The position numbers and the translations under genes were made by a program. From positions 2,700,001 to 2,732,000 of the forward strand of contig JAIZWK010000001.1 of NCBI GenBank assembly GCA_021498095.1: a stretch of 32,000 nt of DNA. The letters run 5' to 3'. The stretch's first letter is position 1, and each line of letters opens with the position of its first letter. Source of the stretch: Candidatus Harpocratesius repetitus (lineage in GTDB: Archaea > Asgardarchaeota > Lokiarchaeia > Sigyniarchaeales > Promethearchaeaceae). A model generated the notes under the pieces. The model was not told where the DNA came from, did no database searches, and was given only the letters and a program-made list of their open reading frames with translations. Of this stretch, positions 1-7,128 are shown piece after piece.

Positions 1-1667
1 TGATTAGGATTAATAGTCTCAGGTAATTCAGCAAATGGTAGCCAACCAATCCATTTCCCTTCTCCTGCACTCCCATTATATGGAAATACTCCTTTTCCAA
101 AGCGTTTATCATCTAAAAGAGAATCGTCTCGAATTGGCACCTTACCAGTCGGACGAATTGCAATATTTCCATATATATCTGCATATATATGATTTTGAGA
201 AGGTAACCAGAAATTCTGTGAAGCAGCATTAAAATCTGCCCGATTTTTTGCATGAGAATATTCATAGAATGCTTTCAATTCCCATGTTACGTTATGAGCT
301 ATCCAACGACAAGCGATAATATTATTTGATTTTATGGAATCTAGTATTGAATCAGTAATAAAATCTGAAAATACAGGGCCTTCTTCGGTAAGTTTAATTT
401 TATATTTTATTGTTCTACCTTCTTTTGTATCAATTGTATAATTAATATATTTGTATGGTGTGATTTTTCCATCTTGAATATAATGGGTTTCATTTACAGA
501 AGTATAATAATACCAATCCATACTATCAAAATAAGTATTTGTGAATCCCCATGAAACAAATTGATTTTGGCCGACTAATGGATAGGGTACACCTGGCAAA
601 AAGAAACCCCAAATATTAAATGGATTGTCAGATGCAGAAATCACCAAATGGGCTTGATACCAGATTCCTGGTAGATTCCACTCAAGATGCATATCATTAC
701 AAATAATTGGATAACCAGAGGCGCTCTTATTCCCATCAATTACCCAATTATTCGATCCCAATATAGCACCTAACTCTGAACGAGTCTGCTCTTGTGGAAA
801 TTGCGATAATTTGTAGTAGAGAGCATTTATAGATGATGAAAGAGGAATACTATCGTTTAAATTGGAAAATGTTTGATTCAGATGTATGAACTCATAAGTA
901 GAAAAATTTCCATAATTCGGACAAACAGGTATCTGATAAGGTCGGGGAGATCCCAAAAAGAAATTATATGCTTCAATTCCCATTTTCTCGACGATTACTA
1001 AATGATACAAATCTTCTAAACTCCACGTAAGGTCTTCAGCCATATATTTTCCCATACTGATTGTATCGATTACGGTCCAATGTTCCATATTTATGTCCAA
1101 TAATTGAAATTCTAATGGTAAAGTAGGTGTATTATCGATATAATAATTAACTCCATCCGCAAATCTTTCTAATTCTTGCAAAATCGTATTTATTTTAGGA
1201 TCAGTGTTTGCTCCTTGAACTAACGCTTTGTATGTTTTTACAGAATAATAATCTTTCAACATTGCTAAATTATATTTATCAATTTCTAGTAAATCTTCTC
1301 CCAGTATTGCACTCATATTTCCACGTGTAAGTGAACGTGCCATTTGCATCATGAACAGTCTATCTTGAGCCATACAGTATCCCAAAGCAAACATTACATC
1401 ATTTTCAACTCTCCCAAAAATATGTGGAATGCCGTAATTGTCTCTATAAACCGTAACTTGATCTTCTAATGAAGAATCAGAAATTATCATAGTATCTTCT
1501 ATTTCCATGGGTATTTCCCAAATACTTTGCCCTGGAAAAAATAATTTACCCATTGGGGCTAATCCAAGCAATGGCACCGAAAAAAAACCAATTATTAGAG
1601 CTAAAATCCCTAATACAACACTACCTCTTATTAAATCTGTTTTTTGCATAATTATCTGCTTTTCCAT
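1..1667 (-). CDS. Penicillin acylase family (Ntn-hydrolase, S45) protein with N-terminal membrane anchor; 3' end runs off the window
   Basis: Not in the ORF track because it is truncated; translated by hand. M(EKQIIM)QKTDLIRGSVVLGILALIIGFF is the hydrophobic anchor. It is followed by VTVYRDNYGIPHIFG, FALGYCMAQDRLFMM and GSNNWVIDGNKSASGYPIICNDMHLEW, with the nucleophile Ser codon at 753-755. The start is 1667 or 1649. Confidence 0.92.
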   Translation of the reverse strand, partial: MEKQIIMQKTDLIRGSVVLGILALIIGFFSVPLLGLAPMGKLFFPGQSIWEIPMEIEDTMIISDSSLEDQVTVYRDNYGIPHIFGRVENDVMFALGYCMAQDRLFMMQMARSLTRGNMSAILGEDLLEIDKYNLAMLKDYYSVKTYKALVQGANTDPKINTILQELERFADGVNYYIDNTPTLPLEFQLLDINMEHWTVIDTISMGKYMAEDLTWSLEDLYHLVIVEKMGIEAYNFFLGSPRPYQIPVCPNYGNFSTYEFIHLNQTFSNLNDSIPLSSSINALYYKLSQFPQEQTRSELGAILGSNNWVIDGNKSASGYPIICNDMHLEWNLPGIWYQAHLVISASDNPFNIWGFFLPGVPYPLVGQNQFVSWGFTNTYFDSMDWYYYTSVNETHYIQDGKITPYKYINYTIDTKEGRTIKYKIKLTEEGPVFSDFITDSILDSIKSNNIIACRWIAHNVTWELKAFYEYSHAKNRADFNAASQNFWLPSQNHIYADIYGNIAIRPTGKVPIRDDSLLDDKRFGKGVFPYNGSAGEGKWIGWLPFAELPETINPN

Positions 1668-1761
1668 TTTTTTTTGTTTAGTTTGAGCATTTAAATTAAG
1701 TATATTTAATCAAATAATTAATAAAGATTGCTCTTTGGAATTAAAAATATTTTAAATTTAA

Positions 1762-2050
1762 GAGGTTCTAGCAACTTCTTTATTTTTGACAGAATTCCCA
1801 TTTTAATCCTTCATTTTCCGACAATAATCAAATTTATCCAAGAATTATTTCAGTCGGCAAAGATGAACTTTAAAAAATATAATTATGGGTTGATTTTTGA
1901 CTATTTTTAATCAAATTATAGTTGAAAATGATAAAAAAAGTTCTAAATTTTTGATCGACAAATTTCAAATTTGGATGGAATATTGGTAAATGCGTAAATT
2001 ATGCAGGATTTTTATTTTTTTATTAATCTATCAAATGTTGATAAAGGCTC
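1762..2050 (+). mobile_element. 289-bp MITE-like element, copy A
   Basis: TTAA flanks both ends (1758-1761 and 2051-2054). The imperfect TIR is GAGGTTCTAGCAAC versus GAGCCTTTATCAAC (10/14). It differs from copy B at 16 of 289 positions with no gaps. Confidence 0.9.
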
Positions 2051-2074
2051 TTAAAAAAGATCGATAAATTAGGC

Positions 2075-2113
2075 AAAAAAAGGAAAAAAAGAAGGGTTCA
2101 AATCGAGAACCCT
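2075..2113 (-). terminator. Hairpin followed by U-tracts on the minus strand
   Basis: Stem AGGGTTC (2093-2099) pairs with GAACCCT (2107-2113) around a 7-nt loop. On the minus strand it is followed by TCTTTTTTTCCTTTTTTT. Confidence 0.45.
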
Positions 2114-2496
2114 CTATTCAAGAGATAAAAAATGTTTGTGATTGTTATTATTGAAAGGTGGGATTGGATAGTATTTATTTCGTTTAAGTTAGGGTTGTTT
2201 GCTGATATGCAAGTTAAATTATTAAGAAGCACCAATGGAAAATATTTTGCGTGAATGACCTAATCCAAAATCATAAGATCAACACAACTATATAAATTTT
2301 CAGTAAATCAATTAAAATTAGCCCAATATTGAAATTGTAATATGATATTTGTATTCATTAAAATGAAAAAGATTTGATAAATTTTCAAAAACAATGATCA
2401 ATTAAATCTTTATTTTTTTTTTTGATATTCTTTCTTAATTTTATGAATCTTGTATTAGTAACCATATGTTTTGTCAGTCAAAAAACCATTTTTGCT

Positions 2497-4153
2497 TGTC
2501 ACAATTTGTCATCATATTCACATCATATAAATATAAAAAAAAGGATTCTTATTCTTTAATCCTAAGTCGAATTATACAGGAAGTTTCATAAGCAACTTGT
2601 TTTGGTGATAAATATAAAGTTCCTGTCCATCAGCAGATTCTCTGACTAGGATCTGCTGTCCTTTCATCTTGTACGAGATATAATAATATTTTCCTTTATA
2701 TCCAAATGATCCGTTATAAGAAATCTTTCTCGTTTGAGTTTTATTTCGTGAACTACTTGAAGGACTTTTAGAATGAGAGATAATACACTGTTGGCCACGA
2801 AAGATATCGATTTTTGATGGTGATATCCATATTTCTACTTCTAAACCTGCATATCCAGGCGGAATAGCAAATTGTTGTCCATGATAACTTATTAAATTTG
2901 ATTTCGTTACTTTTCGTGTTTCTCTTTCAACAATCCATCTATCCCAATTAAGTTGTACCTCTAATGGGCGATCAATTCGATTTTGTTTCCCAAAATAGAC
3001 TTTACTTGGTGAACTACGATTTGGTAAACCTCGATGTCGATGTTTTGTATTGTAAAATTCTATCCATTTTTGAAGCATTTGATTGAACTCTGTCAGAGTA
3101 ATGGTTGGATCTTGCTTAATTTGATATCGAACTTCAGATAGAAACATAGTTTTAACCGTTCCAAAGAAACGTTCGAGCTTACCTTTGGTTTGTGGATGTC
3201 GGGCACGCGCAAACACAGGTCGAATATCCAATAGTTTAAGAATCCGTTCATATTTTGATCCTAAATTTCCAAGAATATTTTTGAACTGAGTGCCATTATC
3301 CGCCAAGATCTCTAATGGACGACCGTACTTAGAGATTGCTTGCCGCAATAACTCAATAACATGTCCTGATTTTTGATCAGTTGTGTAAAAAGCGGCAACA
3401 ACAAATCGAGAACAGTCATCAAGCAAGGTGAAAAGAAAGAGGGACCCTAAATGACCAATTGTCTGAGCACCAGCAATGTCAATTTGCCATAATTCATTAG
3501 GACTCTCTCGTTCAAATGCATTATAACCCCTGCGGTATTCCGTCGAAATTCTTCCTAGTCCTTTCTTCAATAAATGTCTTCGAATTGAAGTTAACGAGGG
3601 AATTTTCGAAAATCCTTCTTTGATAAGCAAATCAGAAATGATTTGTGCAGTTCTCTTGCTATTTTCTTGTTTTAAATCAACAATCCGATTCCATACTTCA
3701 TTAGGAAATATAGAACGCTTTTGACATAGATTTGGTTTTTGAGAACGACGGGAAATATTCCCACTTTTTGCGATTTTGAGCCATCTGTACACCGTTCGAA
3801 TAGAACAGTGTTCCATGTCAGCAATTTCTTGAATAGATTTTTTTTGATGATAATATTGATGCAAAATCCGTTCAATAAGGTTGGTTTTTCCTTGATCCTT
3901 TGATTTTATCATAGAAAAATCCCCTTATCACAAAATATGTGAATAATTAACAGTTAACGCCTAATAAATAATAGATCATGTGAAAAGTGCAGAAGATTGG
4001 GATCATTTTCGTGTTTAAATTTGCATTTTCTTCGATTATGAGATGTCAATTTAATGGTTGTTGTTACAGCAACCGTCAAAAAAAATAAAGAAAAAAACCA
4101 AATTTGTGCCAGTTTTTTGTCAGTCACTAGGTGGTCAACGACAATTGTGGACA
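2497..4153 (-). mobile_element. IS481-like insertion sequence (ends approximate)
   Basis: Single DDE transposase gene. Candidate TGT-initial imperfect inverted ends are TGTCACAATTTGTCAT (2497) and the reverse complement TGTCCACAATTGTCGT (4153). No clean target duplication was found. The CDS looks more GC-rich than its flanks. Confidence 0.6.
2572..3912 (-). CDS. IS481-family/rve DDE transposase with N-terminal HTH and duplicated C-terminal Mu-transposase-like beta-barrel
   Basis: HTH: SIQEIADMEHCSIRTVYRWLK. Catalytic motifs: ELWQIDIAG (D1), ILADNGTQF (D2), HPQTKGKLERFF (E). Also YNTKHRHRGL and two TRK(V/I)..SY.G repeats at the C-terminus. Confidence 0.9.
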   Translation of the reverse strand: MIKSKDQGKTNLIERILHQYYHQKKSIQEIADMEHCSIRTVYRWLKIAKSGNISRRSQKPNLCQKRSIFPNEVWNRIVDLKQENSKRTAQIISDLLIKEGFSKIPSLTSIRRHLLKKGLGRISTEYRRGYNAFERESPNELWQIDIAGAQTIGHLGSLFLFTLLDDCSRFVVAAFYTTDQKSGHVIELLRQAISKYGRPLEILADNGTQFKNILGNLGSKYERILKLLDIRPVFARARHPQTKGKLERFFGTVKTMFLSEVRYQIKQDPTITLTEFNQMLQKWIEFYNTKHRHRGLPNRSSPSKVYFGKQNRIDRPLEVQLNWDRWIVERETRKVTKSNLISYHGQQFAIPPGYAGLEVEIWISPSKIDIFRGQQCIISHSKSPSSSSRNKTQTRKISYNGSFGYKGKYYYISYKMKGQQILVRESADGQELYIYHQNKLLMKLPV

Positions 4154-4474
4154 TTCATAAAAAAACTGAATTCTTATTTGGTTTTATACTGTCATTTCTT
4201 AATGGTTGTTAACAAATCTTGTAAATATCGGTGATTAATTTCTTGAAATTCTTTAGAATATGTAAATTTACAAATATCCTTGAGATTAAGCCAATTTCCA
4301 TATTATCATAATTTGAATCAAAAAAGTAGGTTTTTGGCACATATTTATAATTAAAATGCCCTTTTATGGGAAACTTTAAGTATGAATTCATGTTCATGTA
4401 AATTAATCAAACACTGACACCTTTGAAATATTCTTTTAGAACGGAATGATTAATATTACGGAGATTTTATTGTA

Positions 4475-5548
4475 ATGGCAGAAAATAAAAACCTAACTCC
4501 AAATGAAGAGCGAGTACTGTATGGTATCGTCCAATTCCCAGAAAAAAATGATAAAGAATTAGCTGCATTACTTCAGATGAAAGACTCAACCTTAACATCT
4601 ATAAAAAAAAGGCTGGAGCAAAATGAATTTTTTTCATATCATTTCATTCCACAATTGAATCGTTTGGGTGTTGAGCTTTTAGGAATCATCTTCACTTCTT
4701 TCAATCCAACTATTGATTTTGAAGAACGAGTAAGAATTACTAAGGATAAAATTGAAAGTGCACAAGAAATATTTTATTCCGTTGGTGCCCCTGAGATGGG
4801 TTTTTCGTTGAGTTTTACTCAAAATTATAGTAATTTTTGTGCAATAAACGAAAAAAGAACTGAAACATTTGGTGAAAAAGGTTTATTAGAAAAAGAATTC
4901 CCGCGAGAAGTAATTTTTCCCTTTCAAATTAGTTCCATTGATGAATTTTTTGATTATTCACGTTTATTTTATCATCATTTTTCACATTCTTTACAAGGAA
5001 TTACACTACAACCATCAATTACTAAACCATGGTTTAGTCCTCAATCAGAAATTACATTAAATGATAAAGAAAAAAAGGTTTTTATTGCCTTAATTGAAAA
5101 TCCTAAGGCGACTATGCAAGAAATAGGAGAAAAAGTAGATCTTTCAAGACATACAGTTGCTAGAATGAAAAAGAAATTCTTTAATGAAGATCTAATTCGA
5201 ATAAAAGTCATTCCAAATTTAAAAAAAATTGGTTTTAAACTTTTAGTCTTTTATCACTTAAAATTTAGTCCAACTGCAAAAATAAATAAAGATATCATAC
5301 AGCAGTTAAATTCTCCTTCAACTCTTTTCTGTGCACATCGAAAATTTACTGCAGTAATTATCAGTGCTTATCCGGAATATTCTGCATATAAAGAAGATAA
5401 AGTTCGAAAATTAACGTTTTTGAAGGAAAATAATATCTTAAATTATACACCTTCGCCTCGAAAATATGTATTTGAACAGATGCAGGTTATCAAAGATTTT
5501 ACTTTTTATGATATAACAAAAAAGATTCTTGGATTTCCTTTAGAATAA
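4475..5548 (+). CDS. Transcriptional regulator with two winged-HTH (Lrp/AsnC/MarR-like) modules
   Basis: Internal duplication: LTPNEERVLYGIVQFPEKNDKELAALLQMKDSTLTSIKKRL...PQLNRLG and LNDKEKKVFIALIENPKATMQEIGEKVDLSRHTVARMKKKF...PNLKKIG. Confidence 0.8.
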   Translation: MAENKNLTPNEERVLYGIVQFPEKNDKELAALLQMKDSTLTSIKKRLEQNEFFSYHFIPQLNRLGVELLGIIFTSFNPTIDFEERVRITKDKIESAQEIFYSVGAPEMGFSLSFTQNYSNFCAINEKRTETFGEKGLLEKEFPREVIFPFQISSIDEFFDYSRLFYHHFSHSLQGITLQPSITKPWFSPQSEITLNDKEKKVFIALIENPKATMQEIGEKVDLSRHTVARMKKKFFNEDLIRIKVIPNLKKIGFKLLVFYHLKFSPTAKINKDIIQQLNSPSTLFCAHRKFTAVIISAYPEYSAYKEDKVRKLTFLKENNILNYTPSPRKYVFEQMQVIKDFTFYDITKKILGFPLE

Positions 5549-6088
5549 TTAATTTAGACGATCAATTAAATCCGATGTATAAGATATCCAAAGCTTGATA
5601 TATGATCGAAATTCATCCATATTTTTAAATTCAACTTCAATCAAGTTAAAATCAGCAGGCAATACCTTAATATTTGGGTTCACTCTAAAGAATCCTTTTT
5701 TTAAAACTTCAAAAAGGTATTCAGAATTATTCATATTGCATTCGATTTTGAAAACTAAATTTGATTTTTTTGTTTTTTGATTAGATTGAGTTTGTTCAAT
5801 TGAAGTTAATAATTTTTCAAAATTTTTATTGATTATTGGAGGATTTTCTTGAACATCTTTTAATTTTCGAGAAATAATTTCTGAATCTGCAATTTTTTCA
5901 AAAATATTTTGATAACGTGCGATAAAAAGAAAACCTTCTTCAATTCCTTCAATATAGAAAGGAATTTGATTGGCATGATAAAGATTATTCAAATAATCAA
6001 AATGTTTATGAACACCTTTGAAAATAATGGGAAAATTACTTGAAATTTTAAGCACTATAGGTTCTTCTACTTTATTTCCCTCATTCAT
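5549..6088 (-). CDS. Hypothetical protein
   Basis: 179-aa ORF with host-like composition that abuts the convergent regulator gene. No motif recognised. Confidence 0.6.
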   Translation of the reverse strand: MNEGNKVEEPIVLKISSNFPIIFKGVHKHFDYLNNLYHANQIPFYIEGIEEGFLFIARYQNIFEKIADSEIISRKLKDVQENPPIINKNFEKLLTSIEQTQSNQKTKKSNLVFKIECNMNNSEYLFEVLKKGFFRVNPNIKVLPADFNLIEVEFKNMDEFRSYIKLWISYTSDLIDRLN

Positions 6089-6202
6089 TGTTTACCCTCT
6101 TTCATTTAGGGTTATCTCGCTCAATTTAAAAAATTTTTGGGAATTTTTATTTTAATTAAAAAAAAATAATCGTTTTGATAATAATTATCATCTATTTTAT
6201 TT

Positions 6203-6400
6203 TTAGCCTCCACCAAACATATGTAAAGCTAATACATTATCACCATCTTTAATTTGTGTTTTTTCATATTCTTCTGGAGGTATATAAATATTATTAATTT
6301 TTACTACAATTTCTGGGAATGTATAACGCTTTAATTCCAAAAGCTTTTTGACTGTTAAACCTTCAAACCATTCAAAATCTCTATTATTAACTTGAATCAT
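6203..6400 (-). CDS. ThiS/MoaD-family (ubiquitin-like) sulfur carrier protein
   Basis: MIQVNNRDFEWFEGLTVKKLL...VVKINNIYIP...IKDGDNVLALHMFGGG: 65 aa with a C-terminal di-Gly. The likely start is ATG at 6400. The longer track ORF extends into element C. Confidence 0.9.
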   Translation of the reverse strand: MIQVNNRDFEWFEGLTVKKLLELKRYTFPEIVVKINNIYIPPEEYEKTQIKDGDNVLALHMFGGG

Positions 6401-6457
6401 TTTATTCTCAAGTAATGAAATAATTGAAAATTCATAATTTTTACCACAATATCTTAA

Positions 6458-6746
6458 GAGGTTATAGCAGAATTCAAAAAATTGAAGGAAATCCGAAAAT
6501 CTTGCATTGACTATCCACAAAACCCAAATCTATCCCAATTTTAAATTTGTCGAAACATCGTTTAAGAAAAAAATATATAATTAAGTCAATAATTCAAAGA
6601 AAAATGATGGAAATGTGAAATTCTTGACCGCATTTAAGGGTTTAAAAGTGCCGACTCAAATAGTAATTGGATGCGCAGGAGTATTGTCGAAAATATTGGC
6701 CCAAAAGATAGAATTTGATTAAGATAAAAAAAATTGCTAGAGCCTC
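6458..6746 (-). mobile_element. 289-bp MITE-like element, copy C (divergent subfamily, opposite orientation)
   Basis: TTAA flanks both ends (6454-6457 and 6747-6750). The TIR is GAGGCTCTAGCAA versus GAGGTTATAGCAG (10/13). An ungapped alignment to copy A gives 160/289 (55%), with conserved blocks at identical offsets. Confidence 0.85.
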
Positions 6747-6784
6747 TTAAAATCAAATTAATAATTTTATAAATAAAAAGATAA

Positions 6785-7073
6785 GAGGTTCTAGCAACTT
6801 CTTTATTTTTGACTGAATTACCATTTAATTCTTTCATTTCCCGACAATAATCAAATTTATCCAAGAATTATTTCAGTCGGCAAAAATAAACTTTAGAAAA
6901 TATAATTATGGATCGATTTTTGACTATTTTTAATCAAATTATAGTTGAAAATGATAAAAAAAGTTCTAAATTTTTGATCGACAAATTTCAAATTTGGATG
7001 GAATATTGGTAAATGCGTAAATTATGCAGGATTTCTTTTTTTTTTTTAATCTATCAAATGTTGATAAAATCTC
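6785..7073 (+). mobile_element. 289-bp MITE-like element, copy B
   Basis: ATAA flanks both ends (6781-6784 and 7074-7077). The TIR is GAGGTTCTAGCAAC versus GAGATTTTATCAAC (11/14). It is about 94% identical to copy A. Confidence 0.9.
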
Positions 7074-7128
7074 ATAAAGAATTGAAAAAAAAATTGAAGA
7101 AGTAATAATAAAAGAACATAAAATGATA

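Noticed and set aside
1728-1910. ORF sharing LRGSSNFF with ORF 6634-6864, suggesting a small-protein family
   Set aside because: Both ORFs are read-throughs of the 289-bp element's left end. The same frame in copy B has two stops.
2572-3912. IS481-like transposase as the mobiliser of the 289-bp elements
   Set aside because: IS481-type ends are TGT...ACA, while the elements end GAG...CTC, and the TIRs are not shared. Only a weak CGACAA/GTCA core similarity exists.
6401-6520. 40-aa N-terminal extension of the ThiS ORF in the track
   Set aside because: It runs into element C. The ubiquitin-like fold starts at the ATG at 6400.
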